A stretch of DNA of 64,000 bases from an uncultured Candidatus Saccharibacteria bacterium (GTDB taxonomy: Bacteria > Patescibacteriota > Minisyncoccia > Phycocordibacterales > Zambryskibacteraceae). This document shows, piece by piece, positions 20,312 through 29,596 of the stretch (within the stretch, counting starts at the first letter, position 1; every line of letters begins with the position of its first letter). The stretch spans positions 25,514-89,513 of the forward strand of contig CAZDXF010000002.1 in NCBI GenBank assembly GCA_964509605.1, in the 5' to 3' direction. A program made the position numbers and the translations under genes. The notes under the pieces were generated by a model that saw only the letters and a list, made by a program, of their open reading frames with translations, ran no database searches and was not told the origin of the DNA.

Positions 20312-20663
20312 GATGAATAAGACAAAAGCAAAAAAAGAAAAAAAAGAGAGGAGACAGCGCAGAATACGTGCCAAGGTTTCCGGTACTTCAGAAAAACCAC
20401 GACTTTCTGTTTTCAAGTCAAATAAGTTTTTATATGCACAAATTATTGATGACGAGATAGGTAAGACTTTGATTTCTGCTTCAACAAAAGAAATAAAACA
20501 GGGTGATGAGGCAAATAAGCCCAAGTCCTTAGGTGAGCTTATCGCCAAAAAAGCAAAAGAAAAAAATATTTCAAAAATAGTTTTTGACAGAAGTGGCTAT
20601 ATTTACACTGGGAAAATAAAAGATTTTGCTGATGGAGCTAGGGCTGGTGGACTTTCTTTTTAA
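20304..20663 (+). CDS. rplR: 50S ribosomal protein L18
   Basis: L18 sequence. Confidence 0.85.
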   Translation: MRKMNKTKAKKEKKERRQRRIRAKVSGTSEKPRLSVFKSNKFLYAQIIDDEIGKTLISASTKEIKQGDEANKPKSLGELIAKKAKEKNISKIVFDRSGYIYTGKIKDFADGARAGGLSF

Positions 20664-20667
20664 TTTT

Positions 20668-21291
20668 ATGAATACAGAAGACACAAAAATAAATAACGAA
20701 GAGGTTGTTTCAGAAAAGGAATCAACAGAAATTCCAGATGAAAATAAAGCGGTTGAAAATTCCGCTGAACCTTCTGCTAAGCCAAAAAATAAGGAATTTA
20801 AAAAGAATCCAAGGAGAGCCGTAAGAAAAGAGGGTAGGGTCAAATCTGAGTTTGATCAGAAGATTGTAAGTATCAGAAGGGTTACTAGGGTTGTTGCCGG
20901 AGGAAGAAGGTTTAGCTTCAGCGTTACCTTGGTTGCTGGAAATAGAAAAGGCAAAGTTGGTGTTGGCCAAGGAAAGGCGGGAGACACTCCAATTGCTATC
21001 GACAAAGCAATGAGAAATGCTAAAAAGAATATGATTGAAGTAAAACTCACAAAAAGCGCCTCTATTCCTCACGATACAAGCGCTAAGTTTGGAAGCTCAA
21101 ATGTTCTTATTATGCCCGCTCCGGGAAGAGGGATTCTTGCAGGAAGCTCCGTTAGAACAGTTTTGGAGCTTGCGGGCGTTAACTCTGTAAATGCTAAAAT
21201 TTTGTCAGGATCAAAAAACAGTGCAAACATTGCAAAAGCAACAATAGAAGCGCTTAAAGAATTTTCAAAAACAAGAAAGAAAATATCTTAA
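20668..21291 (+). CDS. rpsE: 30S ribosomal protein S5 (start at MNTEDTK)
   Basis: S5 dsRBD and C-terminal domain, with an acidic N-terminal extension. Confidence 0.85.
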   Translation: MNTEDTKINNEEVVSEKESTEIPDENKAVENSAEPSAKPKNKEFKKNPRRAVRKEGRVKSEFDQKIVSIRRVTRVVAGGRRFSFSVTLVAGNRKGKVGVGQGKAGDTPIAIDKAMRNAKKNMIEVKLTKSASIPHDTSAKFGSSNVLIMPAPGRGILAGSSVRTVLELAGVNSVNAKILSGSKNSANIAKATIEALKEFSKTRKKIS

Positions 21292-21295
21292 AAAT

Positions 21296-21736
21296 ATGCA
21301 ATTAAATAATTTAAAAAGAAAAAGCCCAAATAAAAAAGCCCGACAAGTTGGTCGTGGTGGCACCCGTGGTAAAACTTCTGGAAAAGGAACCAAAGGCCAG
21401 AACGCAAGAGCTGGAAGAAAAAAGAGACCGGAAGAAAGAGACATGATAAAGAAGCTTCCAAAGATGAGAGGAAGAGGAAAAAACATAAACACTAGTATCC
21501 AAACAAAACCAAAAGCTATTAATCTTTCAGACATCGAAAACCTTTTTTCTTCTGGAGAGACTGTTTCTGTGGAGACTTTGATAGCAAAAGGCGTTTTGTC
21601 TATAAAAGGCGGAACAAAACAAAAGGTTAAAATCCTTTCTCAGGGTGATATTAGTAAAAAACTTTCTTTTGTTTCTTGTTTAGTTTCAGAGCAGGCAAGG
21701 AAGAAGATAGAATCTGCCGGCGGAAAAATTTCTTAA
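21296..21736 (+). CDS. rplO: 50S ribosomal protein L15
   Basis: Gly/Arg/Lys-rich L15 N-terminus. Confidence 0.85.
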   Translation: MQLNNLKRKSPNKKARQVGRGGTRGKTSGKGTKGQNARAGRKKRPEERDMIKKLPKMRGRGKNINTSIQTKPKAINLSDIENLFSSGETVSVETLIAKGVLSIKGGTKQKVKILSQGDISKKLSFVSCLVSEQARKKIESAGGKIS

Positions 21737-21737
21737 A

Positions 21738-23009
21738 ATGAGTAAATTTTTTGAAAAAATAAGACTTGTATTCGGTGATTCGTCTCTTCGCCGAAGGATT
21801 TTGTTTGTATTGGGTGCTCTTGTGATATTTAGAATCCTTTCAACGATACCAATTCCCGGTATTGATGGAGACAGACTTCAGGCATTTTTCTCTAGCAATG
21901 AATTTTTGGGACTACTAAACCTGTTTTCTGGTGGTGGTCTTTCAAATCTTTCAATAATAATGCTTGGAGTTGGTCCATACATAACGGCTTCTATCATAAT
22001 GCAACTTCTAACTATCATGTCTCCAAAACTGAAGGCTATGTATCAGGAGGAGGGTGAGGCTGGAAGGAAGAAATTCACCCAATACAGCAGGCTTCTGACG
22101 GTACCTTTGGCAATAATCCAAGGTTTCGGTTTTTTGACCCTGCTTTCTAGACAGGGAGTAATAGACGCTCTTCCAACTTTTGAAATGATTACAAACCTTC
22201 TTTTGATTACAGCCGGCTCAATGCTTATTATGTGGATAGGTGAGCTTATATCAGAATTTGGTATTGGAAACGGAGTTTCAATTATAATTTTTGGCGGTAT
22301 TGTTGCTTCTCTGCCCTCAATTTTGGCTCAACTGTTGTTTACTTTTGATCCTTCTCAAATTCCTTTGTACTTAGCATTTTCTGTAGCCGCTCTGCTCATA
22401 GTTTTGGGTGTTGTGGTTATAACAGAGGCAGAGAGACCAATTCCCATTACCTATGCAAAAAGAGTTAGAGGTATGAAAGTTTACGGTGGCACCTCTACTT
22501 ATTTGCCATTGAGATTAAATCAAGCTGGAGTTATTCCAATTATTTTTGCCCTCTCTATACTCCTGTTTCCTCAAATGATTTTTAATTTCCTATCTGGAAT
22601 TGATAATGCAACCTTGCAAAGAGTTTCTGAATTTATTCTGGGCATTATTTCTAACCAGTGGTTTTATGCGTCCCTATACTTTATTCTTGTGTTCTTGTTT
22701 ACCTACTTCTACACAGCTGTCACATTTGATCCAGATATGATTTCAACCAACCTGCAGAAGGGTGGTGCTTTTGTCCCTGGAGTTCGTCCGGGCCAGCAGA
22801 CCTCTGAATATATTGCAAAAATTCTCACAAGACTGACTCTCGTGGGGGCATTGTTCCTCGGGTTTATAGCCGTTCTGCCTTTATTTATGGGCTCTCTCAC
22901 TGGTATCCAAGCACTTTCAATTGGAGGAACTGGACTATTGATTGTTGTTTCTGTGGTTATAGACTTGATTAAGAAAATAGAGGCTCAAATTTCTGTTAGA
23001 GAATACTAA
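21738..23009 (+). CDS. secY: Preprotein translocase SecY
   Basis: 10-TM SecY; position after rplO. Confidence 0.9.
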   Translation: MSKFFEKIRLVFGDSSLRRRILFVLGALVIFRILSTIPIPGIDGDRLQAFFSSNEFLGLLNLFSGGGLSNLSIIMLGVGPYITASIIMQLLTIMSPKLKAMYQEEGEAGRKKFTQYSRLLTVPLAIIQGFGFLTLLSRQGVIDALPTFEMITNLLLITAGSMLIMWIGELISEFGIGNGVSIIIFGGIVASLPSILAQLLFTFDPSQIPLYLAFSVAALLIVLGVVVITEAERPIPITYAKRVRGMKVYGGTSTYLPLRLNQAGVIPIIFALSILLFPQMIFNFLSGIDNATLQRVSEFILGIISNQWFYASLYFILVFLFTYFYTAVTFDPDMISTNLQKGGAFVPGVRPGQQTSEYIAKILTRLTLVGALFLGFIAVLPLFMGSLTGIQALSIGGTGLLIVVSVVIDLIKKIEAQISVREY

Positions 23010-23111
23010 TTTTAGAAGATAGTTTCTGGTAGTTAGTTAATGCTTGTAGATAGGATATAATAATTTTTGAGCATCACTACTTACTAACCACTGTCTACTA
23101 ACTACTTCTTT

Positions 23112-23687
23112 ATGAATTGTAATACTTTTATATTTGTTGGTGCGCCAGGTTCTGGAAAGGGTACCCAAGCTAATTTTTTGTCTGAAAAGCTCGGCTTGCC
23201 AATTTTTTCTATCGGTGGAAGGCTTAGGGAAATAGTAGCCGAAAACTCTCCTTTGGGTAAGAAAGTCGGAGAAGTTATAGATAAAGGAGGGCTGATGCCT
23301 TCTTGGTTTGTTTTATATTTTTGTGAAGATGTTCTTTTTAATTTGAAAGAAGAAGAGGGTATTATTTTTGATGGTGTTGGGCGAAAAAAAGAAGAGGCCG
23401 AAATTTTTTCGCAAGCATGTCTCTGGTTGGGTAGAGATTTCAAAGTTGTTTTTATTGATGTACCAGAAGATGTGGTTAAGGAAAGAATAGAAAAGCGCAG
23501 ACAAGAGGGTCGTAAAGATGATGCTCCAGAGCGTTTAGCTGAAAGATTTAAAAATTATCATGATCACACTCTGCCTGCGATTGAACATTTTCGTTCTCTT
23601 GGAAACTTAATTGAAGTAAACGGGAATCAGGCACCAGAAGAAGTGTTTTCAGAGGTTTGGGAAAAAGTCTCATCCTTATGTCAATAA
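23112..23687 (+). CDS. adk: Adenylate kinase
   Basis: P-loop GAPGSGKGTQ; position after secY. Confidence 0.85.
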   Translation: MNCNTFIFVGAPGSGKGTQANFLSEKLGLPIFSIGGRLREIVAENSPLGKKVGEVIDKGGLMPSWFVLYFCEDVLFNLKEEEGIIFDGVGRKKEEAEIFSQACLWLGRDFKVVFIDVPEDVVKERIEKRRQEGRKDDAPERLAERFKNYHDHTLPAIEHFRSLGNLIEVNGNQAPEEVFSEVWEKVSSLCQ

Positions 23688-24451
23688 ATATCAAAAATGA
23701 AAAAGAGATAGAGATTCTCAAAGAAGGCGGAAAGCGCCATTCTTTTATTTTAGAAGAACTTGCTAGAGCGGTTAAGCCGGGCATTTCTTCTTTAACTTTG
23801 AATGAAACGGCAGAGAAGCTTATTGCTGAAGAGGGAGATATTGCCGCTTTTTTAAACTATCGTCCAAAAGGGGCGCGAAGAAAATACCCCGCCTCTCTCT
23901 GTGTTTCTGTAAATGATGAGATTGTGCACGGAATTCCAAATGAAGGTGAAAAAATTTTAAAAGATGGAGATATTGTAACTTTAGATCTCGGTCTTTCTCA
24001 CAAAGGCCTCATAACCGACTCTGCAATCACAGTCGGAGTGGGATCAATAAGTAAGGAGAATGAAGAGTTAATTCAAGCCACAGAGGAAGCTTTATGGGCG
24101 GGTATTGCGGAAGCGAAAGCTGGAAATCATATAGGGGATATTGGTTTTGCCATTGAGTCAGTAGCAAAGAAAAAAGGGTTTTCTTTGGCCCAAGGGCTTG
24201 CTGGTCACGGTGTTGGTCACAGTGTCCACGAAGAGCCATTTGTACCAAATGCTGGCAGAAAAGGGGACGGTCCAGAGCTTAAGCCTGGCATGGTTTTGGC
24301 CATAGAACCAATGCTTGTGGTCGGCAAAGGTGACATTGTTTTATCTGGCGATGGTTATACTTATAAAACCAAGGATAAAAGTTTTTCAGCTCATTTTGAG
24401 CATACCGTAGTTATAACAGAAGGTGAGCCGATCGTGGTAACTTCTGGGTAA
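23678..24451 (+). CDS. map: Methionine aminopeptidase type I
   Basis: Pita-bread fold motifs (metal-binding D, D, H, E, E residues). Confidence 0.85.
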   Translation: MSINIKNEKEIEILKEGGKRHSFILEELARAVKPGISSLTLNETAEKLIAEEGDIAAFLNYRPKGARRKYPASLCVSVNDEIVHGIPNEGEKILKDGDIVTLDLGLSHKGLITDSAITVGVGSISKENEELIQATEEALWAGIAEAKAGNHIGDIGFAIESVAKKKGFSLAQGLAGHGVGHSVHEEPFVPNAGRKGDGPELKPGMVLAIEPMLVVGKGDIVLSGDGYTYKTKDKSFSAHFEHTVVITEGEPIVVTSG

Positions 24452-24557
24452 ACCCCGTTAGAAGCTCGTGCGAGACATTAAATCCGGTGTTCGTCAGAAC
24501 TAAACTTTTCCTTTATTCCACTGGCAAGATCGTGAGGGGCTATGCTTCTAACGGGGT
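24452..24557. repeat. Palindromic intergenic element, family A, copy 4
   Basis: ACCCCGTTAGAAGC (24452-24465) / GCTTCTAACGGGGT (24544-24557). Starts immediately after the map stop. Confidence 0.45.
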
Positions 24558-24622
24558 AAAAGTTTAAATTATTTATATTTCTGATATACTTTTTCCCACT
24601 TAATTAAAATAATTTCAAATAT

Positions 24623-25222
24623 ATGGACGGACAAAAAGAGAGGACTTTTGTACTTATAAAACACGATGGAATCCAAAGATCTCTTGTTGGAGAGATTATA
24701 AACAGAATTGAGAGAACGGGATTAAAAATAGTTGCTCTCAAAATGTTTGTTCCAGACAGCAAAAAGACGGAAATACATTATGGAAAGGACGATGCGTGGT
24801 GTGAAAAGGTCGGAGAGAGGACTATTGAAAATATGAAAAAGGGTGGTCAGGAACCATCTAAGACAGCACTTCAGTATGGTAAAGATGTCTTGGAAGCTTT
24901 GTATAAATATTTAACATTGGGCCCCGTGGTAGCAATGGTTATTGAAGGAAATCAGTCTGTTGGAATTGTTAAGAAGCTTGTTGGAGGAACTGAACCTTTG
25001 ACATCTGATGTGGGAACTATTAGAGGTGATTTAACGATAGATTCTTATGATATGGCAAATGTTTCGGGTCGCGCGGTAAGAAATTTAATTCATTGTACTG
25101 ACAAACCAGAGGAAGCGGAGAGAGAAATAAACATATGGTTTGATAAAGAAGAGATAATCAAGTACAAGCTTGTCCAAGAAAAGATTCTTTATGATGTTGA
25201 TGTTGATGGTATTTTGGAATAA
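24623..25222 (+). CDS. ndk: Nucleoside diphosphate kinase
   Basis: NDK sequence with a C-terminal extension. Confidence 0.85.
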   Translation: MDGQKERTFVLIKHDGIQRSLVGEIINRIERTGLKIVALKMFVPDSKKTEIHYGKDDAWCEKVGERTIENMKKGGQEPSKTALQYGKDVLEALYKYLTLGPVVAMVIEGNQSVGIVKKLVGGTEPLTSDVGTIRGDLTIDSYDMANVSGRAVRNLIHCTDKPEEAEREINIWFDKEEIIKYKLVQEKILYDVDVDGILE

Positions 25223-25260
25223 TTACTAAAAAATCTTTTTTAACATCAAAAAAACAGCTA

Positions 25261-25290
25261 ATAAAAGCTGTTTTTTTGATGCATCTCTTC
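25261..25290 (+). terminator. Rho-independent terminator after ndk
   Basis: aaaaaacagc-taataaaa-gctgttttttt. Confidence 0.55.
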
Positions 25291-25375
25291 ACTTTTTTAT
25301 TTTTGTGTTTCCTTCTTTTTCGCACCCCATTTTTAGGTGTATAATTTAAGTAGGGTTATTTGGCATATTATCTAG

Positions 25376-25546
25376 ATTAAAGTTATTTTCAGGGAGCCCT
25401 ATATTCACGAACCCCAATGAGTCCTTTGCGGGATTCTGACGGCTTCGTTTGCGGGCACCCACCTAGTAAATTCACTAGGGCAATATGACCAAGTAGCCCG
25501 CATTAAGATACTCCCGCAAAAGGGGGTGTTTTAATTTAAAATTTAG
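25376..25546 (+). promoter_or_regulatory. Candidate structured 5' leader (riboswitch-like) upstream of 25547
   Basis: GC-rich nested pairings cctttgcggga/tcccgcaaaagg, tgcgggc/gcccgca and cctag/ctagg. Preceded by an extended -10 element ggtgTATAAT (~25349). Confidence 0.3.
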
Positions 25547-25951
25547 ATGAAGAAAAACTTAGCTTTTTTACTGATTGTCATTCTTTCCATATCTGTGCTG
25601 TCTTTGCATTTTATAGCACTCAACTTTTTCTTGTATTGGCATATCTGGTGGTTTGATCTTTTGGTGCACTTTTTGGCTGGCGCTTTGGCCTCGACTTCAT
25701 TTATCTGGTTTTTTAGAGATCGTGTTAGAAAAATTTTTCCGACAACTCTATTTGTTTCAAGTATCTTTACTTTAGCTGTTGGTATAGTTTGGGAAACTTT
25801 TGAATATGTTGCGGGCCTAACTTTTTCCTCATCGAGTTATGCCTTAGACACTTCCTTAGATATACTACTAACTTTTATTGGAGGATTGGTTGTATCAGTA
25901 TATTTTTTATCTAATCTGACGGATAATAAATTGGAAGATGGACAAAAATAA
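25547..25951 (+). CDS. Small 4-TM membrane protein, hypothetical
   Basis: Hydropathy pattern only. Confidence 0.45.
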   Translation: MKKNLAFLLIVILSISVLSLHFIALNFFLYWHIWWFDLLVHFLAGALASTSFIWFFRDRVRKIFPTTLFVSSIFTLAVGIVWETFEYVAGLTFSSSSYALDTSLDILLTFIGGLVVSVYFLSNLTDNKLEDGQK

Positions 25952-27326
25952 ACAAACGACAAACTTGGTTTTTTGGGGAGGCGTGGGGACCGTTACTGGC
26001 GCAAACTTTCTTCTTAAAACTCACGGTAAAAAAATCTTAATTGATTGTGGAATGGTTCAGGGTGTCCCAGACGAAGAATCTGCAAATTCTGACACTTTTC
26101 CTTATAATCCAGCAGAAGTAGATTTTCTTTTTATTACTCATGCTCATATAGACCACATAGGCAGGGTTCCAAAGCTTTTTAAAGATGGTTTTAGGGGGCG
26201 TATAATTTCTACCCCAGAAACAAAGCAAATAGCCCAAATAATGCTTATGGACGCAGCCTCTATTGTTGCTGGTAGGGCCAAAAATGAAGGTGTAAAAGCT
26301 TCTTTTAATGAAAACGATGTGAGAGGGGCACTTTCTATCTGGGAGACTCTTCCTTATCATAGTAACCTCTCTGTTTGTGGCGGTGTAGAAGTCTATTTTT
26401 GGGATGCTGGACATATATTGGGTTCGGCAATGATTGAATTTAGAATTTTAGATTCACATAATAAAAAAAGGAAGGTTCTTTTTACCGGAGATCTTGGTAA
26501 TTCGCCCTCACCCCTTTTACCAGATACAGAAATACCAAAAGACATAGAGTTTTTGATTATGGATAGTGTTTATGGAGATCGCAATCATGAATCTATTGAA
26601 AATAGGCGCGATCGATTTTTGAATGTTATAAAAGAAACCATAAAGAACAGGGGAGTGTTGTTGATTCCCGCCTTTTCTCTTGAAAGAACTCAAACGATTC
26701 TTTTTGAAATAGATAATTTTCTAGAAAATAAACTGATTGATCCGGTTCCGGTTTTTTTAGATTCGCCGTTGGCTATTCGTCTTACTGAAATATATGAATC
26801 TATTTCAGATTTGTACAACAAAGATGTTCAGAAAGAACTACTTGGTGGTGATAAGATATTTAATTTTCCAAAACTTATTAAAACAGCAAAGGTGGAAGAT
26901 TCCAAAAAAATTGCCAACTCTCCAAATCCGAAAGTCATTATTGCTGGTTCTGGCATGTCTACAGCAGGAAGGATTCTTCATCATGAAAAATTGTTTTTAC
27001 CCAACAAAGATGCCGTCGTGCTTCTTATGGGGTATCAAGCCCCCGGAACTCTAGGAAGAGAACTTCAAGACGGAGCAAAGAGCGTGGTGATAGATGGAGA
27101 GCAGATAGTTGTTAAAGCGAAAATTGAAATTATAGATGGATATTCTGGCCATAAAGATTCTGACAATCTCTTGGAATTTGCCGGCTCATTGGGAGCTATA
27201 CTCAGGAAAGTCTTTGTTGTGATGGGAGAGCCAAAGTCTTCGCTTTTTTTGTCGCAAAGAATCCACGATTATATTGGGGTAGAAACCACATATCCAGAAA
27301 GAGGCAATCCCTATTTTCTTTTTTAA
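25938..27326 (+). CDS. MBL-fold beta-CASP ribonuclease (RNase J / CPSF-like)
   Basis: HAHIDHIG motif and beta-CASP region. Confidence 0.7.
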   Translation: MDKNKQTTNLVFWGGVGTVTGANFLLKTHGKKILIDCGMVQGVPDEESANSDTFPYNPAEVDFLFITHAHIDHIGRVPKLFKDGFRGRIISTPETKQIAQIMLMDAASIVAGRAKNEGVKASFNENDVRGALSIWETLPYHSNLSVCGGVEVYFWDAGHILGSAMIEFRILDSHNKKRKVLFTGDLGNSPSPLLPDTEIPKDIEFLIMDSVYGDRNHESIENRRDRFLNVIKETIKNRGVLLIPAFSLERTQTILFEIDNFLENKLIDPVPVFLDSPLAIRLTEIYESISDLYNKDVQKELLGGDKIFNFPKLIKTAKVEDSKKIANSPNPKVIIAGSGMSTAGRILHHEKLFLPNKDAVVLLMGYQAPGTLGRELQDGAKSVVIDGEQIVVKAKIEIIDGYSGHKDSDNLLEFAGSLGAILRKVFVVMGEPKSSLFLSQRIHDYIGVETTYPERGNPYFLF

Positions 27327-27350
27327 AACAAAATACCCAAATTGGGGTAT

Positions 27351-27695
27351 TTAGGAAACTTTTTCAACTATCTTCTTAAATGATTCAGGATTGTTTTCGG
27401 CGATTTCAGCGAGCATTTTTCTATTCAATTCCACCTTTCCCTTTTTCAATTTATCGATGAATTTACTGTATGAAATTCCCAAAGGCCTAAGACTGGCATT
27501 TAGACGAACATTCCAAAGTCGTCTGAAATCACCCTTTTTATCTCTCCTGTGGGCAAAAGCATAAGTTCCAGCGTGTGCAATAGCTTCATTTGCCGCCCTT
27601 TCTTTAGTGCTTCTTCCGTGTCTATAACCTTTGGTTTGTTTTAGGATATTTCGGCGTGTTTTAAGCGCATTTACTCCTTTTTTTACTCTAGCCAT
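27351..27695 (-). CDS. rplT: 50S ribosomal protein L20
   Basis: L20 sequence. Confidence 0.9.
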   Translation of the reverse strand: MARVKKGVNALKTRRNILKQTKGYRHGRSTKERAANEAIAHAGTYAFAHRRDKKGDFRRLWNVRLNASLRPLGISYSKFIDKLKKGKVELNRKMLAEIAENNPESFKKIVEKVS

Positions 27696-27700
27696 GTTTT

Positions 27701-27892
27701 TTAAAAATTTACAAGAAACCTAGTCTTAGCCTTGTTAGAAAGGCCAATTTTTTGAGAACGCTTTTTTGCCAGTTGTTTAGACCGTCCTTCTTTCGCATTA
27801 AAGTGGTTTTGACCGGTTTTTCTGGCAATAATCTTGCCTTTTCTGGTCACCTTTAATCGCTTTGTATAAGATTTGTTTGTTTTTATAGCCAT
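27701..27892 (-). CDS. rpmI: 50S ribosomal protein L35
   Basis: 63-aa basic protein between infC and rplT. Confidence 0.85.
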   Translation of the reverse strand: MAIKTNKSYTKRLKVTRKGKIIARKTGQNHFNAKEGRSKQLAKKRSQKIGLSNKAKTRFLVNF

Positions 27893-27944
27893 TTTTAAAA
27901 CGGAAACTATATATTACAGATTATAAGTTTTTTGTCCACTGTTC

Positions 27945-28457
27945 CTATTTCGATCTTTCTATAATGACAGTTAGTCCTTTCGGGCTCTTTTTGGCGGGAT
28001 CTGCAATTTTAAATTCAACACTCATTAGGTTCAAAAATCGCTCCAGCCTTTCTTTTAGGAATTTTTCTTCAAGATATTTTGTTCTTCCTGGCAAAAACAA
28101 GTCTATCTTAATTCTATTGCCTTCGGAAAGCCACTCGGAAGCTTTCTTGGCTTTCAAGTTTAAATCGTGTTCTCCGGTCCCGATTTTTATTTGGACGCTT
28201 TTAACTTCAACAGTTTTTGCCTTGGTTTTTGCGCTTTTGTTCTTTTTATTTTCCAAATACTGATACTTCCCGTAGTCCATTATTTTGGCTATCGGAGGGT
28301 TTGCGTTTGGAGAAATTTCTATCAGATCCATTCCGAGCTCCTCAGCTTTTTTAAGAGCACTGCTCAAGTCCAGTAATCCAAAATTTTCTCCCTCGGGCCC
28401 TATTAATCGGAGCTCCTTAGCTTGGATTTGATGATTTATTCTTGTTCTATTGTTCAA
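27945..28457 (-). CDS. infC: Translation initiation factor IF-3
   Basis: IF-3 N- and C-domain sequence. True start may be a non-AUG codon. Confidence 0.85.
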   Translation of the reverse strand: MNNRTRINHQIQAKELRLIGPEGENFGLLDLSSALKKAEELGMDLIEISPNANPPIAKIMDYGKYQYLENKKNKSAKTKAKTVEVKSVQIKIGTGEHDLNLKAKKASEWLSEGNRIKIDLFLPGRTKYLEEKFLKERLERFLNLMSVEFKIADPAKKSPKGLTVIIERSK

Positions 28458-28510
28458 TTTGTTTTGTTTAGACAGGGGATTTATAACATAACTTGTCTAC
28501 TTTATCAATT

Positions 28511-29587
28511 TTACAGGAATTTTTTCATAGGCAAAGCTATGAATTCGTATAATTTCAAAAGCTTGGATCGTTTTTTCCAAGAAGCCATCTCCAATTGCTC
28601 ACTTTTTTCTAGATCTTCAAAAAAGTACCTCTCTACTTCTTCTGCAAAATTTTTTCTGTTGCTCACTATATTTGCTTCGTAGTTAAATAGAAAGCTCAAG
28701 CTATCCAAGTTGAAGCTACCTACGGTCGCCCAAGAAGAATCTATAACGGCTGTTTTTGCGTGAAGCATTTCACCGGGATACTGATATATTTCTACCCCCG
28801 CGTCCATCAGTTTTTCAAAAGCTGACTGCGATGCTCTGTCCACCCAAAAATAATTGGAATATTTGGGCACCAAAATTTTCACATCCACACCTTTCATTGA
28901 AGCTCTTTTTAATGCCCCAGACATTTTTTTGTCAGGTATAAAGTACGGTGTTGTCAGGTACACACTTTTTTCTGCACTTCTTATTGCGCTTATGTATGCT
29001 TGGTAGAGAAATCTCTTTCTAAAATGTGGCGAGTTTGTCAGAAACTGAAATCCTTTTGAAAAGTCTCTGGCTTTCTGAATTCTTTTTAGTAGACTCTTTT
29101 CTCCTGCAGATTCCCAAATTTCTTGAAAAGCTTCACTCATTTCTTTTGTTATGTCTCCCAGCACTTTGAGGTGAGTATCTCGCCAGTTTCTCATGTCCGA
29201 CCTTATTCCTACACCACCAATAAAACCAACGTTACCATCTACTACCAATATTTTTCTATGATCTCTAAAAAACCAAGAGAAGAAACTTCTTATTCTCCAA
29301 GGTTTTATTATGTTAAAAAATCTTATTTCTATTCCAACCTCCTCGAGTTCTTTTGGAAGGCGAGAGCTGTAAAGAGAGAAACTACCAGCCATATCGCAAA
29401 GTATTCTAATTTTTACTCCCTGTCTGCTTTTTTCTTTGAACAAGTCTAGAAACTCTTTTCCAATCAAGTCGTTTTCCAGTATGTACTGCTCTATGTCTAT
29501 TGTTTTTCTGGCGTTAAAACAGGCTTCTTTCATTGAAAGCCAAGCGTCTTCAGTTTTTAGATAAAAATGCCAGTTTGTTCCTTCCAC
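28511..29587 (-). CDS. cls: Phospholipase D family protein / cardiolipin synthase
   Basis: Two HxK(x4)D motifs (HRKILVVDG and LHAKTAVIDS). Confidence 0.8.
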   Translation of the reverse strand: MEGTNWHFYLKTEDAWLSMKEACFNARKTIDIEQYILENDLIGKEFLDLFKEKSRQGVKIRILCDMAGSFSLYSSRLPKELEEVGIEIRFFNIIKPWRIRSFFSWFFRDHRKILVVDGNVGFIGGVGIRSDMRNWRDTHLKVLGDITKEMSEAFQEIWESAGEKSLLKRIQKARDFSKGFQFLTNSPHFRKRFLYQAYISAIRSAEKSVYLTTPYFIPDKKMSGALKRASMKGVDVKILVPKYSNYFWVDRASQSAFEKLMDAGVEIYQYPGEMLHAKTAVIDSSWATVGSFNLDSLSFLFNYEANIVSNRKNFAEEVERYFFEDLEKSEQLEMASWKKRSKLLKLYEFIALPMKKFL

Positions 29588-29596
29588 TTATGTCTT

